Source of the DNA: Methanobacteriota archaeon
Lineage (GTDB): Archaea > Altiarchaeota > Altiarchaeia > IMC4 > QMZM01
Assembly: GCA_903930485.1 (NCBI GenBank)
Contig: CAIYYO010000024.1
Location: forward strand, 1-41,839
Length of the DNA stretch: 41,839 nt
Direction: 5' to 3'
The position numbers and the translations under genes were made by a program. This document shows positions 18,546-26,415 of this stretch, piece by piece. The notes under the pieces are model-generated. The model was not told the DNA's origin. It did no database searches and saw only the letters and a program-made list of their open reading frames with translations. Numbering within the stretch: position 1 is the first letter of the stretch; every line of letters begins with the position of its first letter.

Positions 18546-19400
18546 TCACCTCCGTATATTCGCAGACAGCCTGTTGTTGAGCGCCCTCGCAACGTAGTTC
18601 AAGACAAGCACCATGAACAGGAGCAGGGAGGCGACGGCAAAAGCCCGCGTTATGTATTGTTCGTTCTGGGCTTCGGATGTCAGGAAATACAGAGTTGTCG
18701 TGAGCGAATTGAAAGGGTCTGCAGGCGACAAAGGAGTGATCGGTGGCCAGAACGAGGCCAGCCAGATTATCGGAGCAGTCTCTCCGGCAGCCCTTCCCAA
18801 ACCAAGGATGACTCCGGTAATTATCCCCGGAAGCGCAGTTGGCAGTATAACTCCGGTTATCGTCTGAAGCTTTGTCGCGCCAAGGGCATAGCTTCCCTCT
18901 ATCTCGGACCACGGTACGGCCTTTATTGCGACCTCGGCGGTCCTGATGATCGTGGGAAGGATCATGAATCCCAGGGTCAGCCCGGCTGCAAAGACGGACG
19001 GCTTCATTCTCAAATAATAAAGGAACAACGTCAATCCGAATAAGCCGAACACTATCGACGGGATCGCGTTAAGGGCGTCGGAGCCGATTCTCATTAACTT
19101 CGTCGTCCGTCCTTCTTTTGTATACTGAGTCAGGTGGACTGCGGCCCCGATGCCGAGAGGGGTTGCGAAGAGGAGGGCTATCAAAACAGTGTACAGAGTC
19201 CCTATCAAAGCCGGAAGCATTCCGCCTGCAAGCCAGATATTTTCAGGCTGGCCCAAAACAAACTCCACACCCAGGTCGTGGGACCCCCGGTATACTACGT
19301 AGAGGACTATTGAACACAGGATCAGTAGAATGGAACCAGCAGACAGCCACAATAGAGTCATTGCGGCCTTGTTTTTTCTTTGAGGGGTGAAGTCTAACAT
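18546..19400 (-). CDS. pstA: Phosphate ABC transporter permease PstA, second copy
   Basis: 284 aa, paralogous to 15967..16815 (for example GSYALGATKLQTITGVILP). It overlaps pstC2 by 7 nt. Confidence 0.85.
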   Translation of the reverse strand: MLDFTPQRKNKAAMTLLWLSAGSILLILCSIVLYVVYRGSHDLGVEFVLGQPENIWLAGGMLPALIGTLYTVLIALLFATPLGIGAAVHLTQYTKEGRTTKLMRIGSDALNAIPSIVFGLFGLTLFLYYLRMKPSVFAAGLTLGFMILPTIIRTAEVAIKAVPWSEIEGSYALGATKLQTITGVILPTALPGIITGVILGLGRAAGETAPIIWLASFWPPITPLSPADPFNSLTTTLYFLTSEAQNEQYITRAFAVASLLLFMVLVLNYVARALNNRLSANIRR

Positions 19401-20299
19401 TTCGATTGCCTCCTCCTTTTTGCCAGCAGGTATTCTGAGGCCATGCTGAGGGCGAAGGCCATGAAGAACAACGTAAGCCCCAGGGTAAAGAGAGCGGCAT
19501 AATGCATGCTTCCGACAGGCACGTAGGACATATCCAACATTATCGCAGAAGTCAGGGTCTCTCCCCGGCTATCAATGCCGAGGATGTTCGACGGGATCAT
19601 TCCCACGTTGCCGAGGACCAGGACGACGGCCATGGTTTCGCCTATCGCCCTGCCCACTCCCAGGATGACTCCGGCAGCTATCCCGGGCATAGCGCCCGGC
19701 AGAATGACTTTCTGGATGGTCTGCCATTTGGTCGAGCCCAATGCGTAAGACGCTTCCCTGAAACTTCTGGGAACTGCACAAATCGCGTCCTGTGAAATGC
19801 TTATCACAATCGGCAGGATCATAACGCCGAGTATCAGTGCCGCAGCAAGTATCCCCTTGCCGGTTGGAAGAGAATCTCCTGTCAGCAATTTTCCAAGGTC
19901 CTGCTGTACCAGTCCCACGATCACGATCAATGCGAACAGGCCGTAGACTATCGAAGGGATTCCTGCCAGGAGTTCGATTGCCGGCCTCAGGATATTAACG
20001 GCTTTTTTTGGCGCCACCTCTGAAAGAAAGACTGCGCACGCGACTCCCAGCGGAACGGCTATGAAAAGCGCCCCGGCGGTCGTCAGGATAGAGCCGGCTA
20101 TGAATATTCCCGCGCCGTAAACGTTTGCCGTAGGCTTCCATACCGTTCCGGTGAGGAAACCAACCAGGTCTCCGTGAGAAAGGAACGGCAGGGCTTCCTT
20201 GAAAAGAAAAAAGACGATGAACAAAAGGATAAGGGCCGCGGATAACGCTGAGAGGAACAATGCCGCCCTTACCGTCTTTTCCTTGTCGCCGGGTTTCAT
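19394..20299 (-). CDS. pstC: Phosphate ABC transporter permease PstC, second copy
   Basis: 301 aa, paralogous to 16824..17696 (REASYALGSTKWQTIQKVILP). Confidence 0.85.
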   Translation of the reverse strand: MKPGDKEKTVRAALFLSALSAALILLFIVFFLFKEALPFLSHGDLVGFLTGTVWKPTANVYGAGIFIAGSILTTAGALFIAVPLGVACAVFLSEVAPKKAVNILRPAIELLAGIPSIVYGLFALIVIVGLVQQDLGKLLTGDSLPTGKGILAAALILGVMILPIVISISQDAICAVPRSFREASYALGSTKWQTIQKVILPGAMPGIAAGVILGVGRAIGETMAVVLVLGNVGMIPSNILGIDSRGETLTSAIMLDMSYVPVGSMHYAALFTLGLTLFFMAFALSMASEYLLAKRRRQSKC

Positions 20300-20302
20300 G
20301 CC

Positions 20303-21139
20303 TTATCTCAACTTTACGAACCCCTCGTCCTCGACTATTTTTTGTCCCGCGTCCGATAGCACATAATCTATGAATGCTTTCGCATTGCCGGAGGCTTCGC
20401 CTTTCGTCAGCATGTAGAGCTTCCTCGAGATGGGATACGTTCCGGACTTGATCGTCTCCCTGGTAGGCTCTATGCCGCCAATCTTCAGGCCTTTGACAGT
20501 TCCGTCCAGGTATCCTGCGCTGATGTATCCTATCGCGTTCGGGTTCGAGCCCACGGTCGCTTTAACGGCTCCGTTGCTGGGCTGCTGCTCTGCGTTTTGG
20601 GTATTATTGGTCTTGCCTTTGTCCATGATCATATCCTCAAAAGACGTCCTGGTACCGGAGCCTTCCTCCCTTATCACGACCACGATCTGCTTGTCAGGGC
20701 CGCCGAGTTCCTTATAGTTCGTTATCTTGCCGGAAAAGATGTCCTTGATCTGCTGCTTCGTGAGGTCCGAGAGTGTGTTGCCTGGATGGACGACGATCGC
20801 TATCCCGTCGTCGGCTATTTCGTAGACCTTGAGGTTCCCTGCTGCGATCTCATCAGCGGTCAGGTCTCTTGAAGATGCGCCTATGTCTGCCGAGCCTTCG
20901 GAGGCCATCTTTATCCCTGTGCCCGAGCCGCCTCCCGCAACCGAGACCGTGACGCCAGGATTAATCTTCATGTACGCTTCGGCAGCCTTTGCGGCTATCG
21001 GCTGGACGGTCGTCGATCCCGCCACCGTTAGTGTTTGTTTTTGTGTCCCTGGGTTGCTTCCCGTGCATCCTGCGTAGAGCAGGGTGGTTATAAGCAATAC
21101 CACGAGGTATGCTCCTTTTACCTTTCCGTTTATTTTCAT
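20303..21139 (-). CDS. pstS: Phosphate-binding protein PstS, second copy (lipoprotein-type signal)
   Basis: 278 aa with signal and lipobox-like LLYAGC, and AGSTTVQP and GGGSGTG motifs. By eye it is roughly half identical to the other PstS. Confidence 0.9.
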   Translation of the reverse strand: MKINGKVKGAYLVVLLITTLLYAGCTGSNPGTQKQTLTVAGSTTVQPIAAKAAEAYMKINPGVTVSVAGGGSGTGIKMASEGSADIGASSRDLTADEIAAGNLKVYEIADDGIAIVVHPGNTLSDLTKQQIKDIFSGKITNYKELGGPDKQIVVVIREEGSGTRTSFEDMIMDKGKTNNTQNAEQQPSNGAVKATVGSNPNAIGYISAGYLDGTVKGLKIGGIEPTRETIKSGTYPISRKLYMLTKGEASGNAKAFIDYVLSDAGQKIVEDEGFVKLR

Positions 21140-21162
21140 TAATGGCTATATAGAACATTGCT

Positions 21163-21170
21163 TTTATATA
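21163..21170 (-). promoter_or_regulatory. TATA box of the pst array
   Basis: The sequence tttatata is centred ~27 nt upstream of the pstS2 ATG at 21139. Confidence 0.35.
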
Positions 21171-21258
21171 TTCTTAGCCAGTATTCTATATAGTCTATAT
21201 ATTTTACTTCTTTCCGGAGCGATATAAGCAAAGGCCGGCAATAAATAAATCCCTGAAA

Positions 21259-21702
21259 ATGAAAAAGAGCCCCATCATCTACTGGAGCATGACCGGAAAC
21301 ACGAAGGCGATGGCAGAGGCGATAAAGGAAGGCATCGAATCCGCCGGCGGCAAGGCGGAGTTAAAGACGGTGGAAGAAGCAAGCCTCGATGATGTAAGGA
21401 AAGCGGACGCCTTCGCAATCGGCTCGCCGGCCATGGGTATAGAAGAGCTTGCGGACGAGATCGAAGTATTCGTCGACGGCATGGAAAAGGAAAAGATAAC
21501 CGGGAAAACCGTAGGGGTTTTCGGCTCGTACAAATGGGGCGACGGGGCCTGGATGAAAGATACGGTCGCCCGGCTGAGAAAGGACGGCTTTTCCGTAGTG
21601 GGCGTAGGCCTCATCCTGCAACTTACGCCGGACGAAGCGGGACTGCAGGCATGCAGAGCCTATGGAAAAAAGATAGCCGAAGCCGCCAAAAAAAGAGGAT
21701 AA
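21259..21702 (+). CDS. Short-chain flavodoxin
   Basis: 147 aa with the N-terminal FMN phosphate-binding loop IIYWSMTGNTKAMAE. Confidence 0.85.
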   Translation: MKKSPIIYWSMTGNTKAMAEAIKEGIESAGGKAELKTVEEASLDDVRKADAFAIGSPAMGIEELADEIEVFVDGMEKEKITGKTVGVFGSYKWGDGAWMKDTVARLRKDGFSVVGVGLILQLTPDEAGLQACRAYGKKIAEAAKKRG

Positions 21703-21703
21703 A

Positions 21704-22249
21704 ATGCTAAACATCCCCGTGATACTAGGGACCGCACGTGAGGGACGCCAGTCGGAGAAAGCGGCCAACTACATGGTCAGGGAAGCGATGAAAGCGGGCT
21801 GTGAAACAGAGCTTCTGGACGTCAGAGATTACCGCATCGGTGCGACAGACAAGAAAGAGAACGATCCTAAAGCAAAAAAGCTCGCGGAAAAGATAGATAA
21901 AGCCGACGCATTGATAATAGTGTCGCCGGAATACAACCACGGATATCCCGGAGAACTGAAGATGATGCTTGACATGCTGTATCTGCAATACTTCAATAAA
22001 CCCGTAGGCTTCTGCGGGGTTTCCATCAGTCCGTTCGGCGGCGTTCGCGTAGTTGAGCAGCTGCGTCTAGTCGCTGCCGAGTTACATATGGTCTCGATAA
22101 GAAGCGCGTTGTATTTCTCCAGGATACAAGATTTTTTCGACGAGAAGGGAGAGCCCGTAGACAAAACCTGCCCTGCACAGACTAAAATCTTCCTTGACGA
22201 ATTGATATGGTACGGAGACGCTCTGAAGACAAAACGGATGAATAGGTGA
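21704..22249 (+). CDS. NAD(P)H-dependent FMN reductase family protein
   Basis: 181 aa, starting 1 nt after the flavodoxin stop. It has the IIVSPEYNHGYPGELKMMLD motif. Confidence 0.75.
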   Translation: MLNIPVILGTAREGRQSEKAANYMVREAMKAGCETELLDVRDYRIGATDKKENDPKAKKLAEKIDKADALIIVSPEYNHGYPGELKMMLDMLYLQYFNKPVGFCGVSISPFGGVRVVEQLRLVAAELHMVSIRSALYFSRIQDFFDEKGEPVDKTCPAQTKIFLDELIWYGDALKTKRMNR

Positions 22250-22303
22250 CTAAATGGCGTCTTATTACCAAGTTCCGACAAATATATACTTGAGGTGGTT
22301 GGT

Positions 22304-24931
22304 ATGTCAAGATTTTTTCTGTATACTGTAGGTGTTCTCTTTGCCTTCATAGTATTTTTTTCCGGGTGTATCAGCGGCCCGGGTGTGTATGGAAACGCTT
22401 CGACCACAACTCCGCAGGGGAATGCTACGAACCCGGAAATAAAAAACGCATCGATTGAGATTACCCAAAACCCGTCGCTTGGAGCCATAATTACCGATGG
22501 CGACGGCATGACCTTGTACGTGTTTACAAAAGACGTGCAGGGTAAGAGCAACTGCTACGCCCAATGCGAAGCCGCATGGCCGCCGTTGTTTGTCACGGGA
22601 AGCGTCACCTCCTCAGACCTTTCTCAAGAAGACCTCGGAGTGACCCTACGACAGGATGGACGCACGCAGGCTACCTTTAAGGGCATGCCTCTATACTACT
22701 TCGCGCAGGATAAAAAACCCGGAGACATAGCTGGCGAGGGCTACGGAAAGGTATGGTATGCCCTTGTGTTGCCTTCCGACAAAGCGATCCCTCCTGAGGC
22801 CGCGCAATACTCTAAAGACTGGCCTCTACCCAATAAGGACTACAGCAACACCCGCGCCACCAAGGACTCATCCATAAACTCCGGGAACGTGAAAGACCTG
22901 GGAGTAGGATGGTCGTTCCCCATACCCGGAGTAGGCGCCTACGGGGGCGCGGCAAGCACGCCGCTGATACTCGGGAATACGGTATACTTCCAGGACCTCA
23001 AAGCCAACGTCTTTGCATTGGATCTCCAAAACGGCAAAGCGAAGTGGTCGAAGATGTATGATATTTCGGCGGTGGTCGGTCCCAACGGCCCTGCGGTAGC
23101 CTACGGCAAAGTATTTGTCGCAAAAGACCTCTACAGCATGGTCGCATTGGATATCAATTCAGGCGAGGAGCTGTGGTCTACAAAGCTGTCAGATGTGAAA
23201 ACAACGGGCATAGACATCCAGCCAACGGCCTATGACGGCCTAATATACACATCGACGGTTCCGGGAACTGCCGATATATTCTACGCGCCGGGAGGTATCG
23301 GCGTCATATACGCCCTCGACCAGAAAGACGGTTCAGTCAAATGGAACTTTTCCACGGTGGATTCACCCGACCTATGGGGGCATCCCGAAGTAAACAGCGG
23401 AGGGGGCTGCTGGTATACCCCCTCGATAGACCTCGCGACCGGCATAATGTACTGGGGAATAGCCAACCCCGCGCCCTTCCCTGGAACGGAGCAATGGCCC
23501 AGCGGCTCAAGCAGGCCCGGACCCAACCTGTATACCGACAGCATGATGGCCCTGGAACACAGGACCGGAATGATGAGCTGGTATAAACAAGTCCTCCAGC
23601 ACGACCTCTTCGACTACGACTTCCAGATAGCGCCGATCCTTGCCAGCGCGAAAATAAACGGAAAACAACAGGACATCGTCATAGGCGCCGGGAAGATGGG
23701 GAGAGTATATGCCTTCAACCGCGGCACGGGAGAGATACTATGGTCGGCAAACGTCGGAGAACATAACGGGAACGATCAGCTCGACCGCCTGCCCCCAGGG
23801 ACTACGAAGGTCATACCTTCCGCTCTTGGAGGGGTGGAAACGCCGATGGCTTATTCAGACGGCATCGTGTACGTGCCGGTGGTCGATCTGCCGATGGATT
23901 GGACGCCTACAAAATTAGATTTTTCGTCGGTGAATTTCTCCAGCTCGAAGGGAGAGCTTGCGGCAATAGATGCGAGTACCGGCAAGACCTTATGGAATAA
24001 GGTTTTTGACTCATTGAATGTCGGAGGGGCCACGGTTGTGAACGACCTGGTATTCACCGCCACATATGGCGGAAACATCTACGCCTTCAAAAAAGACACC
24101 GGGGAGCAATTATTCCAGTACAAGGCGCCTGCGGGGATCAATGCCTGGCCGGCCGTAGCCGGAGACACCATAATATGGCCTGCCGGCGTAGGCGGCACTC
24201 CAATGCTCGTAGCCCTGAAAATAGGGGCTAAAGATGTTCCTGCGTCCTCACCCGCGCTCGCGATAATAAAACCGAATAAAGGCTCCACGATATTGGCCGG
24301 GGATATAGAAACAGCCGTCAAAGTGTCGAATTTCAACCTGGTCCATAAGCCCGGAGACGCCAACGTAAAAGGGGAGGGACATCTTATCTACTATTTAGAC
24401 GTTGAACCGCCGACGGACCCGCTGCTGCCTGCGTTCACTTCCACCGGCACATACGGGGCGGACTACGGCACTTCACACATATGGATGGGAGTAGCACCGG
24501 GCGCCCATACTTTCGCGGTGCAGCTGGTCAACAACGACCACACGCCTCTGAGACCCCCCGTCATAGCAAGAGCATCGTTCAATACAATAGCATACAACTA
24601 CGGGGAAGGCGCCGGAGGAGAGACTGCCAAAATAACCCTGACGGCGAAGAACAGAGCATTCGACAGGAAACAAATAATCGTCCCGGCAGGCGCGCTGGTA
24701 ACGATAGTATTCAACAACCAGGACGAAGGGATCCAACACAACTTCGCGGTCTACGAAGACAAGGAAGCGACTAAACTAGTCTTCCGGGGAGGTCTTATAA
24801 CTGGCGTCTCAACCACTACCTACAAATTCGCCGCTCCGATGAAGACCGGAACCTACTTCTTCCAGTGCGACCCCCACTCTAAGATCATGAACGGGGAATT
24901 CATCGTGCAAATCTCGGGAGGATCGATATGA
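22304..24931 (+). CDS. Secreted/lipid-anchored multidomain protein: Yx(FWY)xxD lipoprotein domain, PQQ-dehydrogenase-like beta-propeller, DUF4399-like domain and C-terminal type-1 cupredoxin
   Basis: The ATG at 22304 is preceded by GAGGTGG (the ORF track starts at the GTG at 22295). The signal plus FFSGC resembles a lipobox. MTLYVF...CYAQCEAAWPP...PLYYFAQD matches the COG4315-type domain. There are six or more A(L/F)D..(T/N/D)G...W propeller repeats. Quinoprotein dehydrogenase signatures are present: GGGCWYTPSIDLATGIMYWGIANPAP and NLYTDSMMALEHRTGMMSWYKQVLQHDLFDYD. The C-terminal copper ligands are HNF...C-DP-H-SKI-M. Confidence 0.8.
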   Translation: MSRFFLYTVGVLFAFIVFFSGCISGPGVYGNASTTTPQGNATNPEIKNASIEITQNPSLGAIITDGDGMTLYVFTKDVQGKSNCYAQCEAAWPPLFVTGSVTSSDLSQEDLGVTLRQDGRTQATFKGMPLYYFAQDKKPGDIAGEGYGKVWYALVLPSDKAIPPEAAQYSKDWPLPNKDYSNTRATKDSSINSGNVKDLGVGWSFPIPGVGAYGGAASTPLILGNTVYFQDLKANVFALDLQNGKAKWSKMYDISAVVGPNGPAVAYGKVFVAKDLYSMVALDINSGEELWSTKLSDVKTTGIDIQPTAYDGLIYTSTVPGTADIFYAPGGIGVIYALDQKDGSVKWNFSTVDSPDLWGHPEVNSGGGCWYTPSIDLATGIMYWGIANPAPFPGTEQWPSGSSRPGPNLYTDSMMALEHRTGMMSWYKQVLQHDLFDYDFQIAPILASAKINGKQQDIVIGAGKMGRVYAFNRGTGEILWSANVGEHNGNDQLDRLPPGTTKVIPSALGGVETPMAYSDGIVYVPVVDLPMDWTPTKLDFSSVNFSSSKGELAAIDASTGKTLWNKVFDSLNVGGATVVNDLVFTATYGGNIYAFKKDTGEQLFQYKAPAGINAWPAVAGDTIIWPAGVGGTPMLVALKIGAKDVPASSPALAIIKPNKGSTILAGDIETAVKVSNFNLVHKPGDANVKGEGHLIYYLDVEPPTDPLLPAFTSTGTYGADYGTSHIWMGVAPGAHTFAVQLVNNDHTPLRPPVIARASFNTIAYNYGEGAGGETAKITLTAKNRAFDRKQIIVPAGALVTIVFNNQDEGIQHNFAVYEDKEATKLVFRGGLITGVSTTTYKFAAPMKTGTYFFQCDPHSKIMNGEFIVQISGGSI

Positions 24932-25464
24932 AAAACATAAAAAAGTTTGGGAGGATATTTACGGCATTCTTTATTGTCTCTGTTTTTTTAACGCTCGGAT
25001 GCGTCCAGCAGCCGGGGAACCCTGGAACGACTCCGACAACGACTGTTGAGGCCACTACGACGGAGACGCCGGCAACGCCGACCGAGGTCCAGTCAACGGC
25101 GCCTCAGGTCACGATCCCTGCCGCGACCCCAACTCGGGAAACGAATACGGAAAAGATCGCTACGACGACTATGACGGCAACGGCAATTCCAACGACTGCC
25201 CAGAATACGGCAAAGACGGTTCAGGTTTCGATAAGCGGCTTCGCATTCCACCCTTCGATGGTAAATATTAATAAAGGCGATACCGTAGTCTGGACTAACA
25301 TGGATACTGCCCCCCACACCGTTACGTCAGATTCGGGAGGAGAGCTGTCTTCAAGCACGTTATCCCAGGGAGACACGTACTCGCACACCTTCAACTCCAC
25401 CGGGGCGTTTGCTTATCACTGCAGCATACACACTTCGATGAAAGCTGATGTGAACGTTAAATAA
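24928..25464 (+). CDS. Cupredoxin (amicyanin/halocyanin-like blue copper protein), lipoprotein with a Thr/Pro-rich linker
   Basis: 178 aa. Its start overlaps the upstream stop in an ATGA, and a GGGAGG ribosome-binding site is present. It has a signal plus LTLGC and a ~70-aa T/P/A-rich linker. The type-1 Cu ligands are APHTV...YHCSIHTSM. Confidence 0.8.
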   Translation: MKNIKKFGRIFTAFFIVSVFLTLGCVQQPGNPGTTPTTTVEATTTETPATPTEVQSTAPQVTIPAATPTRETNTEKIATTTMTATAIPTTAQNTAKTVQVSISGFAFHPSMVNINKGDTVVWTNMDTAPHTVTSDSGGELSSSTLSQGDTYSHTFNSTGAFAYHCSIHTSMKADVNVK

Positions 25465-25568
25465 CCCTAATAGTCGACGGCAGGCCGTGCATGCTGGAGC
25501 TTTCTTTAGTATCCCTCATAACCCTTTCCTATAAATCCGGGGCTGTCTTATATATTTAAGGTGAGACT

Positions 25569-26063
25569 ATGGACCGGGTAATAAATCTGTTGATTTTCGC
25601 AGTTATTTTGTCGCTTATCCTGTCCCCAGGCTGCGCGCATCAAAGCACAAAGCCGCAAGCTGAAACGACCACAGTCCCTGAAGAGAACCCCGTTCCTACG
25701 GAAAGCCCCATAGCAACGACTACGACTCTTACGAGCTCCAACGGATTCAACTCCTCCATCAACGATTCAGAGGCGAAGTCTACTACGACTACGCTGCCCG
25801 GGGACGTATCGAAGATGATCAATCTGGCGATAAAGAATTTTGAGTACAGCGAGGTCGCGCTGAGGATCCGTAAGGGCGACACGATCGTATGGACAAACCT
25901 CGACACGGTCGCACATACCGTGTCCTCGGACACGGGCGGCGAACTGGATTCCGACACGCTCGTCAGGGGAGAGACTTTCATGCACACCTTCAACAGCCCC
26001 GGGGTATTCAACTACCATTGCAAGATCCATCCGTCGATGAAAGCCAAGGTGATAGTCTCATGA
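25569..26063 (+). CDS. Cupredoxin, second paralog, lipoprotein with a Thr-rich linker
   Basis: 164 aa with an AGGTGA ribosome-binding site, a signal plus LSPGC, and type-1 Cu ligands VAHTV...YHCKIHPSM. Confidence 0.8.
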   Translation: MDRVINLLIFAVILSLILSPGCAHQSTKPQAETTTVPEENPVPTESPIATTTTLTSSNGFNSSINDSEAKSTTTTLPGDVSKMINLAIKNFEYSEVALRIRKGDTIVWTNLDTVAHTVSSDTGGELDSDTLVRGETFMHTFNSPGVFNYHCKIHPSMKAKVIVS

Positions 26064-26395
26064 CTGATGACCGGGCAACGTCCGACGCCATTGTCTTTAT
26101 CTACGTGACGAACCCTTCAAAGAAGGAAGCCGAGCGGATCGCGAAGAGCCTGATGGACAGAAAGCTCGTCGCATGCGCTAACATGTTCCCTATCGAGAGC
26201 ATCTATCCCTGGGAGGGGAAGATCGTGGACGGGAAGGAGTACGCCCTAATATTAAAGACCGTCCCGGAAAAATCCGGGCTGGTCGAGGAAGCCGTGAAGG
26301 AGATGCACCCCTACAAAGTGCCCTGCATAATCACTTTTCAAGTAAGCCCCAACAAGGAATTCGGGAACTGGCTCAGGAGCGAGCTGGGTCCCTGA
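26060..26395 (+). CDS. cutA: Divalent-cation tolerance protein CutA
   Basis: The Met at 26060 forms an ATGA overlap with the cupredoxin stop. The longer ORF from 25889 is an out-of-frame overlap of the cupredoxin gene. CutA motifs are present: VFIYVT..S.KEAERIAKSL...KLVACAN..P..S.Y.W.GKI. Confidence 0.85.
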   Translation: MTDDRATSDAIVFIYVTNPSKKEAERIAKSLMDRKLVACANMFPIESIYPWEGKIVDGKEYALILKTVPEKSGLVEEAVKEMHPYKVPCIITFQVSPNKEFGNWLRSELGP

Positions 26396-26415
26396 AGTTT
26401 CTTTAAGGTGTTTTC

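Noticed and set aside
18132-19043. 303-aa ORF on the plus strand spanning the pstS/pstA2 junction
   Set aside because: It is antisense to two well-supported pst genes, and its composition is low-complexity (Ser/Pro/Arg-rich).
21829-22551. 240-aa ORF on the minus strand
   Set aside because: It is antisense to the FMN reductase gene and to the 5' end of the PQQ-like gene. It crosses an intergenic region and has no motifs.
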